A stretch of DNA of 64,000 bases from IMG/VR virus record IMGVR_UViG_2721755344_000002, positions 32,001 through 96,000 of that record. One strand, given 5' to 3'. Source of the stretch: a virus (Duplodnaviria; Caudoviricetes). Position numbers and translations under genes: made by a program. Shown piece after piece: positions 1-9,634 of the stretch. How positions within the stretch are numbered: the first letter of the stretch is position 1; every line of letters starts with the position of its first letter. The notes under the pieces were generated by a model, which searched no databases, was not told the DNA's origin, and was given only the letters and a program-made list of their open reading frames with translations.

Positions 1-754
1 CATTTTCTCTGATATCTTCGTGCAAGGATAGAAACCCATCCTCGGCTAATGGTTTTAGTAAATCAATATTAGTAATTAGTATTTTACCCTCTCTGGAAGC
101 AACTTCACCTCTTTCTGGGTGACAAAATCCGCAATTAGTTTTCTCACCAGGGATGGCGTATCTCATATTCTTCGCAAAACCTATTGGATTAACTATCGGA
201 ATAAAAGACAAATCCACTTTTCGCAAAGTTTGTTGGTCGCAATTCTTCATCCACTTCAAGATTGCATACGGTCCTGCTTTCTCCTCTCCGTGAAATCCTG
301 CTACTACTAACATCTTAGGGTCTGAATGTTCTGCATTAGAACGGCTTCTCACCAACCATATCTGACGTCCGTCCACTTCTCCCAAAGCACAAAGGAAAAA
401 GCGTTTCTGTGCCGATATGCTAAAAATGTCTTGCATAAATTTACGAATAGCTGCCATAGAAAATCCGCAAAAGGTTGGAAACTTCCCTTATTAGAAATTG
501 TATAAAGAAGTTAGGACTAAATCTTAAAATTACGAAAAGGACGCCTTTTGCAGTTTAGAAGAATTGTAGGCAAGTTGCTGAAATTTCAAATAGAATCATC
601 TATACCAGTCACCATAAAAACTTGAAACGAATCTCCAAAGGCTCCCTTGTACCACCTCTCCTCCACTATATCCATAGCATCCCTAACATTTCCGGCCTTA
701 ACAAGCAATACTCTATCAGCGCTTAGCACAAAAACAAATGTTTTCATAGCATCC

Positions 755-1039
755 TCATTCTATATCATGGAGTTGGATTTTACGACCTTTGAATTTTTCT
801 ATCTTTCCTATAATATTTTGATTAGGTCCTTCCAAAAATTCAGCAACCTCATTTACTATCTTCTGAAACTCCTTTAACCCATCAGCATTAACTCTTAGTT
901 CATATTCGATTGAACCATCCCTATACTTCCACCGCAACCATTGAATATGACCATTAAAAAATCTAGCCTCCACATCTCTAAAATGAGCAAGACCGTCTTT
1001 AAATTGAACAATTTGGATAACTTCAGTATGCACATTCAT
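755..1039 (-). CDS. hypothetical phage protein
   Basis: 94-aa ORF, co-oriented and tightly packed, GGGGTG RBS-like sequence upstream. Confidence 0.6.
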   Translation of the reverse strand: MNVHTEVIQIVQFKDGLAHFRDVEARFFNGHIQWLRWKYRDGSIEYELRVNADGLKEFQKIVNEVAEFLEGPNQNIIGKIEKFKGRKIQLHDIE

Positions 1040-1054
1040 AAATTCACCCCATAT

Positions 1055-1306
1055 TTATTTTTCTTTCTGTTCGTCGCATAGCCTTATCATTCGGAATTTT
1101 GCCGTTCGCTGAACCTTTTCTTTCAAACACTTGATCCCTAAATCGCTACCAAATTTTCTAACTATGGAATTATCTACTTTTTCTTCAAGTGTAGATATTT
1201 CATGCCATTCTCCGTCTGGCCCTAAATATTCTAATTTCACAAGTTTGCCATAAGCCATTCGATATACCTTCCTATGTCCTAATTTCACAAGTTTGCCATA
1301 AGCCAT
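1055..1306 (-). CDS. small hypothetical protein (paralog of 22138-22308) with duplicated N-terminus and C-terminal RMIRL motif
   Basis: EYLGPDGEWH..STLE...VRKFG..LG shared with 22138-22308; ends KFRMIRLCDEQKEK. Confidence 0.7.
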   Translation of the reverse strand: MAYGKLVKLGHRKVYRMAYGKLVKLEYLGPDGEWHEISTLEEKVDNSIVRKFGSDLGIKCLKEKVQRTAKFRMIRLCDEQKEK

Positions 1307-1308
1307 TC
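1231..1308. repeat. 30-bp direct repeat, period 48
   Basis: ctaatttcacaagtttgccataagccattc at 1231-1260 and 1279-1308 (encodes MAYGKLVKL twice). Confidence 0.95.
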
Positions 1309-2402
1309 AATATTCCATCCTATATCTAAATTTCATTAAGGGAATAAAGTGTTTCCTCCTTGGGCAACTTTTTCAAAATAACGCTTCCTCCGCCCTTTAT
1401 AGGTAAGTCCTTATCCCAGGGTATCTTTCCTGTAAGAAATTCCAAAGAAATTACTTCTATTGTATCGGGCGGAACGAAAAGCTCATAATGATTGAATTCT
1501 TCATCTGAACAAACCAGCGTATATCCCTTGCGAGGATTACCGCCACAATTTAAACATTCGTAAGTTAATTTCTTCATATCTTCCTCCTTTATTTTAAATT
1601 TACTAAATTTAGCAGGTTTGAGCAACTTCAATAAGTCCTCCAGTTTACTTTAAACTAAACTTCATTACTTATACTACCTTTTTCCCAACTTTTTTAAACC
1701 TCTTTCCTATCTTCAGTTAAAGCCGGTTCAGGTTCCTTTCTAATTTCAATAGACTCCCAAAACTGAAAAAATTTATCAGTATCCCCATATTCACCTACTA
1801 TCTGCAGCAGTGCTGAAGATATTGTTAAATAATGTGAATTTGATATTTCCACTTCTTTTTCAGTCAAAGGCACATCAGAAAGTTCAATACCTTTTAAATA
1901 GTTTTGTAAATCGTAATCTTTAAACTTAATTTTTATTTTCATTACTTAGTGCCTCCTTTATGGTGGATAAACCGCCCTACTCCACCATTCATGACCACAT
2001 TTTTCGCATCTAACTTTATAATGATCAATATAAATTCCCTTGCGAAACTCTCCGGTAGGTTCTGCTTTTCTTTTCTTACATCTCCGGCACAACAATTCAA
2101 TTTTCATTTCAGCACAAATGCGAAGCGGCCAGGATTTGAACCTGCTTGGACGATTTCGGACAAACTTACCACCTCATAACTACAACTTCTACACTTCCCT
2201 CTCCATTGTCTAATTCGTAAGAACGCTCTTCAACAATGCCAAGACCATCATTATACTCTTCTTCATGTAAAATGGCTTTGGTTTCCTCAATATTATCCAA
2301 AGGTAAATAGCCAAACCCATCCTCCCCAGGCATCACAACTTCCAAGTTCTTATCCAAGCTTGACAATGCTTCTTCCAGCTCCCAAACTTTCATAACGCCC
2401 CC

Positions 2403-3362
2403 CTATACTAACTCCTGCATCTTCATAAAAGCCTTGAAAAACGATTGAATAAGTTTAGGCTTCCCTCCCTCCCAAAAAGAATGAGAGAAAATTTCTATCA
2501 CTTCGCTTGCCCTTAATCGCTCCCTTTCATTTTTTGGATTCTGATTCAGTAACACAGTTTGCATAAACCCTAATACCATTCTTCGCAAATCTTCTACCTC
2601 ATCTTCGTTAGCCTTCAATTTCTCCGATATGTAAAGCCAATTCTTTCCTTTGGTTAAGAGAAATTTACAAATTTCCATCATATCTTCTTTCGATCCTGAA
2701 GAATCGTCTAATGCCTTATTAGCTTCATCTTCATTTTCAGCATTACAAATTTTCTCAAGAAGTAATAATGCTTCCCTTGGACACCCGTCGGCAATGGTGT
2801 GAACTCTTTCTATTATCTTATCTGAAGCCAACACTATCCCCTTTTTCTCAATCACATCAAGAATAAAATTCATCATTTCGTGGTCTTTAAGACGGTGAAC
2901 CTGAAACCTTTCGCATCTTCCCTTTACAGTAGCCAAAAGTTTCTCTGGATTAGTCGTGGCAAGAATGATGTAAACATATGGCGGGGTATCTTCTAAAATT
3001 TTCAACAATGCTTCTGCTGCTACTCCTGTTATTTGGTGGGCCTCGTCAAAAAGAAAAACTTTAACTTTCCCCATTGTGGGAACATAATGCGAGAACTCAA
3101 TAACTTCACGAATTGAGTCTATTCCTCTTGTATTTGCAGTATTCATTTCGTACAATTCGGAACTGTGACAACCTAATTCCTTTGCAATTAAACGAGCAAT
3201 AGTTGTCTTACCACAACCTGTCGGACCATAAAGAAGATAGGAATGAGGTTTAGTAGGTCTTGATAGCATTTCTTTAAGAACTTTCACTGTGGCAACATTA
3301 CCCCTAACTTCGTCAAAAGTCTTAGGTCTTAACTCGAGGTGAAATCCGTTTTCTTTTTCCAT
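2403..3362 (-). CDS. dnaX: DNA polymerase III gamma/tau-like clamp-loader AAA+ ATPase
   Basis: RPKTFDEV, Walker A GPTGCGKTT, DEAH Walker B, LLKILED, ATT, ADGCPREAL motifs; short form without tau C-terminal domains. Confidence 0.9.
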   Translation of the reverse strand: MEKENGFHLELRPKTFDEVRGNVATVKVLKEMLSRPTKPHSYLLYGPTGCGKTTIARLIAKELGCHSSELYEMNTANTRGIDSIREVIEFSHYVPTMGKVKVFLFDEAHQITGVAAEALLKILEDTPPYVYIILATTNPEKLLATVKGRCERFQVHRLKDHEMMNFILDVIEKKGIVLASDKIIERVHTIADGCPREALLLLEKICNAENEDEANKALDDSSGSKEDMMEICKFLLTKGKNWLYISEKLKANEDEVEDLRRMVLGFMQTVLLNQNPKNERERLRASEVIEIFSHSFWEGGKPKLIQSFFKAFMKMQELV

Positions 3363-3364
3363 AA

Positions 3365-3586
3365 TTATTTGTTACCCTCCTTCCTCAACATATCATTTCT
3401 CATTCTTTCAAATCCAATTTCGCAGCAAAGCCCTATACATTCATCACAAATACAAATATTGTGTGGCCCAGCAACCATGTAGACGGCTTCGTCTTGAGAC
3501 TTATCGCAGAAAGAACAATGATATTTATTTTCCTTCTTCTTCTCGTTCATCCTCAAACTCCTTATTTTATTTTCTTCGATACACAT
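3365..3586 (-). CDS. ClpX C4-type zinc finger domain protein
   Basis: [31 protein letters not shown] matches the zf-C4_ClpX pattern. Confidence 0.85.
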   Translation of the reverse strand: MCIEENKIRSLRMNEKKKENKYHCSFCDKSQDEAVYMVAGPHNICICDECIGLCCEIGFERMRNDMLRKEGNK

Positions 3587-3777
3587 TTTCTTTTTCTATC
3601 TGCACAAGTAGTTTCTTTTTCTTCAGTTCGGCCAGAGCTTGGGCTTGCTCTTCCCCGCAATCCAAGCAAATATCGTAACCCAATACCTTCCGCTTATCTG
3701 AAAACTCTTCTCCGCATCTATTACAAGTCGCCATCTTAAATTCCTGATTGTGGGATACCCACTAATAGAATCTGGTT

Positions 3778-4215
3778 TCACTTTACTATCATCATATACT
3801 TTGCTACTATTATTGGTCGTCCATGCTGTTCCCCCGTAGCTACAACCTTTCTAAACTTAACTTTTTTTACCACTGGACACCTTCTTCCAGCATCTTCCCA
3901 ATGGTTCGGCCATTTCATGCCATCAGTACACGTTTTCCAATAATAAGCGTCCCTCCGACGAGAAAAGATATGAAAACCTGATTCATACCTCAAGCGCTCA
4001 TAGTTCGACATACAATTAGGTTCTTCCTTCTTCGTTTGCCCCAAGAGGACACTGGAACGAGTATTACTTCTCTTGTTCCATACTCCTGTTTTATAAGAAA
4101 TATTATAAAACTGTGACCAATAATTCCAAAAATGGCGAGAGGAATAGTTACGATAAAACACTTTCCATCCAAACTTTTGTCTAATTGGTATAGGTTTTAC
4201 AGTGTCTAAACACAT
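3778..4215 (-). CDS. hypothetical phage protein
   Basis: 145-aa ORF with MCL start, YESGFHIF motif, GGTGA RBS. Confidence 0.6.
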   Translation of the reverse strand: MCLDTVKPIPIRQKFGWKVFYRNYSSRHFWNYWSQFYNISYKTGVWNKRSNTRSSVLLGQTKKEEPNCMSNYERLRYESGFHIFSRRRDAYYWKTCTDGMKWPNHWEDAGRRCPVVKKVKFRKVVATGEQHGRPIIVAKYMMIVK

Positions 4216-4534
4216 ATCAAGTCACCTTCACACCAACAGAAAAACCCATTGCGGAAGTTTTGTAAATAAATATCAATTTGCCATAATCGTAAATCCAATA
4301 AGCCCCACATGAATGATAGATGTCGCAAAAAAGAAATTTTTTTTTAAGATCATCGACACTCAAAACTTTTTCCATAAAATCAATCTTTAGAAACTACTCC
4401 TCCTATTGTTTTACACTCAGTAACAAAGTTGTATCTAGTAGCTGCAGACGCTCCTTTTCTTAGTTTTAAGATAAACCAAGAGTACCCGCATTTGACGCAT
4501 CTCCAAACACCCTGACCAAATTTTTGTTCGGTTT

Positions 4535-5428
4535 TTAATTCTCCTCCGCAACCTGGACATTCCATGTGTCACCTCGTAATCTCCATATACAATTATTTTT
4601 AAGTTGATTCAAAAGTTTTCTCCTCAAAATCAAATGATTTGTTCTACACGAATTATGATCCATTGGCTTAGTAATACCTGGATAGCACTCATCAATAAGG
4701 GCATAGTTTTTAGTTCTATCGTGCTCGGCACCAACATCATATTTTTTGCCTTTGAAATCTGTTGCCACTATCAATCCTGTATCTTGTAATACATCAAGTG
4801 AGTTTGACCAAAAAACTGTTTTGAATTGCGCTTTTGCATCTGCAGCTACTGAAAATGTTTGATCAAACGGATTTTCAGACCATTTGAAAAAGCCAAAAAA
4901 TCCAGTCCATTTATAAGTTCTTATTAATGGTTTTTCCCGATCATACGAGCTTTTTATCTTGTAATTGAGACTCGTTGTAAAATACGGAATGTTCCACGCT
5001 TTAGCAGTTCCTATCAGAACCTGTAGCTTTTTGGTATATATCTCAGCGTTCAATACACTAGTACGATACGCCCATCTTGTCGGTATAGCATCAGGCAAGA
5101 TATACCTGGTCATAATTATATCGTCATCTAATAGAACACCCGCATCCTCATCCCCCATATAACAACGCTTTAATAAATTCATTCCGTGCCAGCGTAGAGC
5201 CCCAAACGGAGGCTTTCCATCTGATGAGACAAAATCATGTCCCAAAATTTCTATTTCGTAACATTCCAACAAATCTTTAAAATCCTGTAATTGCGACCTA
5301 TGGCAAAATATCTTAATCTTATTCGATTCAACTCCAAGTCGATTAACAAGTATTCTTACTGTTTTAGCACACTTTTTTGGATATTTTGAAGCAATTAAAT
5401 AGTAAATTTGGTATGCCATTTTTCTCAC
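4535..5428 (-). CDS. putative GT-A fold glycosyltransferase-like protein
   Basis: N-terminal YYLIAS strand, 'GALRWHGM' followed by hydrophobic-LLDDDI (DxD-like) motif; own consensus promoter. Confidence 0.45.
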   Translation of the reverse strand: MRKMAYQIYYLIASKYPKKCAKTVRILVNRLGVESNKIKIFCHRSQLQDFKDLLECYEIEILGHDFVSSDGKPPFGALRWHGMNLLKRCYMGDEDAGVLLDDDIIMTRYILPDAIPTRWAYRTSVLNAEIYTKKLQVLIGTAKAWNIPYFTTSLNYKIKSSYDREKPLIRTYKWTGFFGFFKWSENPFDQTFSVAADAKAQFKTVFWSNSLDVLQDTGLIVATDFKGKKYDVGAEHDRTKNYALIDECYPGITKPMDHNSCRTNHLILRRKLLNQLKNNCIWRLRGDTWNVQVAEEN

Positions 5429-5439
5429 CTCGTATAGCC

Positions 5440-5468
5440 ATTATAGCATATCCAAAATTATTTGTCAA
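5440..5468 (-). promoter_or_regulatory. sigma70-type promoter
   Basis: TTGACA-17-TATAAT on minus strand. Confidence 0.85.
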
Positions 5469-5989
5469 GTCTTATTTTTGTGCAAGTCCACAAGAGACTT
5501 AAGCAATTTTATTATCTCCTCCAACTGTCGATTCATTTCCAACAGTATGTTAAAATCTTCCTGGTCCATCGCCATTTTTTATACCATCCCCAAATCAAAT
5601 GCTTCTATACCATCTGGACATTTTCTCCTATTAATCCACGCTATTTTACATCCTTTCCCTTAAGCTCCAAACTATTCCTATGAGAAGCATAAACAAACAG
5701 ATTCCTCCCCATACCCAACTAATCCAATGGACCTCTCCAACAAGAAGGAAAAGAAAACACGTGACTGTTACTCCACCAATTCCAACATATATCATACTCC
5801 TGCATATTTCTGACTTAGTCATTTTATCTCCAAATTAATCCATCTTAATTGTTTCCATTTCTCGCCCAGTAAATTTGACCTAAGATATCTTTAAACAACT
5901 TATACTCCGTTGTTTCAAAAAACAATGTTAAACCCCCAGCTTTTATATCTTCTTTAGTTGCAAACCTGTACATTTTTTCAACTAACTGT

Positions 5990-6220
5990 TCAGAGCTTAT
6001 CATCTAACTCCTCTTCTATTATAAATCTAACATATTCAAGGTGATAGCTAAACCAACCCTTTTCCCACATTCTATCCCATGTTTGCTGTTTGTACTCTTG
6101 ACACCAAGACTTGAAGTCCTTCTGGTACTTTTTCGGCACCTGTTTCCATAGAGCAGGAAACGGTGTATCATCCTCGTTAATCATTCTTGACAAGGCTTTT
6201 AAAAAATATTTACCATTCAT
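5990..6220 (-). CDS. hypothetical protein
   Basis: ORF; start moved to ATG 6220 because the TTG at 6271 is the -35 box. Confidence 0.55.
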   Translation of the reverse strand: MNGKYFLKALSRMINEDDTPFPALWKQVPKKYQKDFKSWCQEYKQQTWDRMWEKGWFSYHLEYVRFIIEEELDDKL

Positions 6221-6242
6221 ACTATCCCAACCCTTTCGCAAT

Positions 6243-6271
6243 ATCATAACATAATAAAATCTATTTGTCAA
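6243..6271 (-). promoter_or_regulatory. sigma70-type promoter
   Basis: TTGACA-17-TATGAT with TGn extension. Confidence 0.7.
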
Positions 6272-6330
6272 CCTGTTTTTGATTCAAAATCGACCTTCTT
6301 TAATTGCTATTAAGATAATAATCTTTTCAA

Positions 6331-7020
6331 TTATATTAGATATTTCTGAGAGCATAAGCAATCTAAATTTGTCCAAATTCCCTCGTTCCTAAGTTTTGAT
6401 CCCTTGCGTTGTCCACTTGTGGTACACAAAGGTCTAAACGGTAACCATACAGCACTATCGTTTTCGCAAACAATAATTTGACCTTTTCGACTTTTGCACC
6501 AACTGGCTAATACTTCATAATCCAAATCCTTCCCATATGGATACAATTTCTGGCCGATATAGGGAGGGTCAATAAACCATGTAGCCTCTATATCGGGGGC
6601 TATGGAATAGTCGCCGAGCAGAATTTCCCATGTACGAATTTTAGCAACGTCATCGGCTACTTTATTCCAATTCAAATTTTGATTACCTTTGAAACCACCA
6701 ACAAAATTTTTAGGAGTTGGACTACCTTGATTCAACATAAAACCTAGAAAATCTCTGGCCTCCTGAGGTTTGATATCAGGTATAGGAGCCTTTGCATCAG
6801 GATGTGGAAGATTTCTAATAAAGTCTAGATCTGAATTTTGCAACCATTTCAGCATAGAAACAATCACAGGATTTTTTTCAATTAAAATAACATGCCTACC
6901 AACACTATGTCTTAAAGCATAATTTGCTGCGCCAGAAAACGGCTCAATAATTATATTATAAATAGGGGCAGGATACTTTTTCCATATTTTTGATTTTGAA
7001 CCATAATAACTGAATATCAT
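6331..7020 (-). CDS. Dam-like (D12 class) DNA adenine methyltransferase
   Basis: FSYYGSK, IEPFSGAA (motif I), FIDPPY (motif IV). Confidence 0.85.
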   Translation of the reverse strand: MIFSYYGSKSKIWKKYPAPIYNIIIEPFSGAANYALRHSVGRHVILIEKNPVIVSMLKWLQNSDLDFIRNLPHPDAKAPIPDIKPQEARDFLGFMLNQGSPTPKNFVGGFKGNQNLNWNKVADDVAKIRTWEILLGDYSIAPDIEATWFIDPPYIGQKLYPYGKDLDYEVLASWCKSRKGQIIVCENDSAVWLPFRPLCTTSGQRKGSKLRNEGIWTNLDCLCSQKYLI

Positions 7021-7298
7021 ACAATGGTACTCTTCAGCATCTTAATCTCTTCTTCTAGATCTTTAATCTTAGTTTCAGCTTCAGATAATGGATGTTTTGG
7101 ACACTGTCTAATATGATCATATAGCACTTTACGTTTAACAGCATTCGTTCCAGGTGGATATCTATGGCCGCAATATACACAATTTATATACATACCACTT
7201 TGTAAATCATCAACCCATTTTTCAAGTCTAACTACTTCATTTTCAAGTTCTATTACTCTATCTGTAAGCTCTAAGTGCTCTTTCTGAACTACTGACAT
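7017..7298 (-). CDS. coiled-coil / zinc-finger protein
   Basis: CVYCGH...HIRQCPKHP flanked by heptad-rich helices. Confidence 0.6.
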   Translation of the reverse strand: MSVVQKEHLELTDRVIELENEVVRLEKWVDDLQSGMYINCVYCGHRYPPGTNAVKRKVLYDHIRQCPKHPLSEAETKIKDLEEEIKMLKSTIV

Positions 7299-7477
7299 TT
7301 GCTTTCTCCTTTCAAGTACCCAGTACCTTCAAAACTCTTATTTTCGCAAAAATGCTACAGCTACATTTCACACAAAGATAAAATCCGCTAGGTGTTAATC
7401 TTGATCTATGCGGTCTTGTTCTACCGCCACATCTGATACATTTATATTTTGATAGTTCTGATCTATCACTACCACAA

Positions 7478-7852
7478 TCAGTTGTACACATCTTTCCCTC
7501 CATTTCCCTCTGCCCAATATCGTATCATGGTTGGAAAACTCTTGTGTGGTGTCGCCATCGGAAATAATCGTTCAATAATTTTTACTTTCTTCCCCGCCAT
7601 AAATGCCATACCAATATCAAAAAGACAACCCTCACTTTTTCCATCCCAAGCGATGTGAATTTCGTCGGCCCATAAAATACCTTTTTTATTATCGGTGCAA
7701 ATTCTAAAACCAACCGAATCATTCTGATCTGTGTCCCGTGATGGCCAGTAAACCCTATTTCCGGTAGCTTCAAGACTTTTCACATATTCTTCAAGGATTT
7801 CTTTCCAATGTACATCAATATTTCTAACTGGACAGATTAAAAAAATTTTCAT
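7478..7852 (-). CDS. nucleoside 2-deoxyribosyltransferase-like protein
   Basis: KIFLICPV, VYWPSRD, ADEIHI, SEGCLFDIGMAF..GKK pattern. Confidence 0.65.
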   Translation of the reverse strand: MKIFLICPVRNIDVHWKEILEEYVKSLEATGNRVYWPSRDTDQNDSVGFRICTDNKKGILWADEIHIAWDGKSEGCLFDIGMAFMAGKKVKIIERLFPMATPHKSFPTMIRYWAEGNGGKDVYN

Positions 7853-7912
7853 TCTACCTCTATTTTTGATTTTGAACCGTAGTAGCTAAAGATCATTATT
7901 TAAACCTTAAAA

Positions 7913-7982
7913 ATACCATACCTTACCATACCGAACCTAACCGAACCAAACCTTACCAAACCAAACCTCACCCTACCGAACT
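7913..7982 (-). repeat. GGT-NN pentamer array C (14 units), putative guide ncRNA
   Basis: minus strand: AGT TC GGT AG GGT GA GGT TT GGT TT GGT AA GGT TT GGT TC GGT TA GGT TC GGT AT GGT AA GGT AT GGT AT; intergenic. Confidence 0.9.
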
Positions 7983-7988
7983 TAAAAT

Positions 7989-8888
7989 TTACCACTCATA
8001 CCCATCTGAATATAATTTTAAATCGCTCTTTTCGTTTATAAGAACAAATCCATTCTTCCACTTAGAATGACTGCTTTTTACAGTACTCCCATTATAGGTC
8101 ATTGAATCTTGAGAAAACATCCCTCCGCAATCCGCTCCAATATATTTCCCACTTTGATCGTTTCCCGAACCGAAATGATGACCGTGAGCACAAATCACAT
8201 TTTTGTGTTCGATTGCTATTATATCTAAAGGAGTTTTGATTGTCTGCTTTGAATAATTGGATGGATGGCAAATAATCCAATTTTTATCTTCCGTCATAGC
8301 ATACTTAATATTTGATGGAAAAACTCTAACCCCAACCAAATCTATTGGAACTAATTGATAAAAAAGATTTTTTACATCAAAGATGCTTCCCAAAGCTCTG
8401 AAAATTCTTATATCATGGTTTCCCAAAATAAAATAGATTTTTTCAAACTGATTCAACAAACACTCGAACAATTCCCTCCCCGCTTGGAGTTCAGTATCCC
8501 AATCCACTTTTACTCCTGTATTCATCCAAATCTTAAACTGGTCTTGATCAAAGAAATCTCCAGCTATCATAAGAGTTTTAATTTTTCTAATATCTGAAAT
8601 TTCGCAGAGTAACTGAAGCCATTCTTTGCTAGTATGAGGTATATGAAAATCCGCAACAATTAAACAAGGAAGAGGAATATACATTGTATTATCTTTTATC
8701 CATTCCAACGACATTTTAATAACTGTGTCAATAGTTGGAATTTTAATAAGATTTCTCTTCTCAGCTCTCTTCAATAAATCATCTTTTGTAAACCCAGCCA
8801 CGGAACTAAATTTCAAAATTTTAGATTTATTAGAAGAGTTACTAATACTTTTTTTACATTCACTAAATTTTAGATTTTTCATTTTCAC
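7989..8888 (-). CDS. calcineurin-like metallophosphoesterase
   Basis: ADFHIPH, GDFFD, GNHD, HGHH metal-binding motifs. Confidence 0.85.
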   Translation of the reverse strand: MKMKNLKFSECKKSISNSSNKSKILKFSSVAGFTKDDLLKRAEKRNLIKIPTIDTVIKMSLEWIKDNTMYIPLPCLIVADFHIPHTSKEWLQLLCEISDIRKIKTLMIAGDFFDQDQFKIWMNTGVKVDWDTELQAGRELFECLLNQFEKIYFILGNHDIRIFRALGSIFDVKNLFYQLVPIDLVGVRVFPSNIKYAMTEDKNWIICHPSNYSKQTIKTPLDIIAIEHKNVICAHGHHFGSGNDQSGKYIGADCGGMFSQDSMTYNGSTVKSSHSKWKNGFVLINEKSDLKLYSDGYEW

Positions 8889-8898
8889 CTCACTAAGT

Positions 8899-8963
8899 TA
8901 TCCATACCATACCAAACCGAACCGCACCTGACCGAACCCTACCATACCCGACCAAACCACACA
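8899..8963 (-). repeat. GGT-NN pentamer array B (13 units), putative guide ncRNA
   Basis: minus strand: TGT GT GGT TT GGT CG GGT AT GGT AG GGT TC GGT CA GGT GC GGT TC GGT TT GGT AT GGT AT GGA TA. Confidence 0.9.
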
Positions 8964-8996
8964 ACAGCCTGATAAGAAGAATATTAAGAATAATTG

Positions 8997-9076
8997 CATC
9001 CTTACCATACCATACCGAACCGAACCCCGCCTAACCATACACTACCATACCAAACCGAACCAAACCTTACCTAACT
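8997..9076 (-). repeat. GGY-NN pentamer array A (16 units), putative guide ncRNA; begins inside the last codons of the RAMP-like gene
   Basis: minus strand: AGT TA GGT AA GGT TT GGT TC GGT TT GGT AT GGT AG TGT AT GGT TA GGC GG GGT TC GGT TC GGT AT GGT AT GGT AA GGA TG. Confidence 0.9.
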
Positions 9077-9609
9077 TCTTTTAATTCTACATCGAAACGT
9101 CCGAATCTAGGTCTCCAATCACCGATACCAATCTTATGCCCAGTAATTTCCATAACACTCTCAACTATTTGCTTTGGAATATCATCATCCACAATTATCG
9201 TAAATTCTGCTTTCCACCCCTTTTTGAAAAGGGGCCTATGAATAGCCACTCTTCCCCCAGTTCTTGGAGGTCTCCTCCCATGACTAATATGAATATCGTC
9301 CCATATTTTTTTGTTGGGAATAAATCGGATTTTATTTTCTTCAATTAAAACACCAGCTATAAAATCTCCTGTCCATTTAGTAGCACCTTTCTTAACCAAT
9401 TTAGATGCTCCAAATTTGATAGCCGCAAGAAAATGTTCGTCTGGGATATAACAACCATCCTCGTCTTTATACACAACTTCATCAACTTTACTGGTCGCAT
9501 CTGTGGCTAATGATTTAGCTCTTTTTACACCTTTTGATTCTTCTTCCGAAATGGTATACTGGTTCTGAAGATAATCGACAATCCCTATACATTTTACTTT
9601 AATTTTCAT
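9067..9609 (-). CDS. stand-alone Cas7/RAMP-like RNA-binding protein (about 180 aa)
   Basis: N-terminal beta strand IKVKCIG, 'CYIPDEHFLAAIK' (RAMP YIP..slKG-like), RP..WKAEFTI, C-terminal glycine-rich loop GIGDWRPRFGRFDV; GGAGG RBS before ATG 9609. Confidence 0.7.
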   Translation of the reverse strand: MKIKVKCIGIVDYLQNQYTISEEESKGVKRAKSLATDATSKVDEVVYKDEDGCYIPDEHFLAAIKFGASKLVKKGATKWTGDFIAGVLIEENKIRFIPNKKIWDDIHISHGRRPPRTGGRVAIHRPLFKKGWKAEFTIIVDDDIPKQIVESVMEITGHKIGIGDWRPRFGRFDVELKEVR

Positions 9610-9634
9610 AGTATCCTCCATTTAATTTAATATT

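Noticed and set aside
2119-2145. tRNA gene (CAGG-TTCAAAT-CCTG T-arm on minus strand)
   Set aside because: No matching D arm, anticodon arm or 5' acceptor strand; at most a 3' tRNA remnant.
8725-8931. Plus-strand ORF running into array B
   Set aside because: Antisense to the phosphoesterase, no RBS; its tail is just translated repeat.
7913-9076. Classical CRISPR array or simple microsatellite
   Set aside because: There is no 25-40 bp constant repeat with spacers. The constant part is 3 nt and the 2-nt variable part rarely repeats consecutively, which slippage would not produce.
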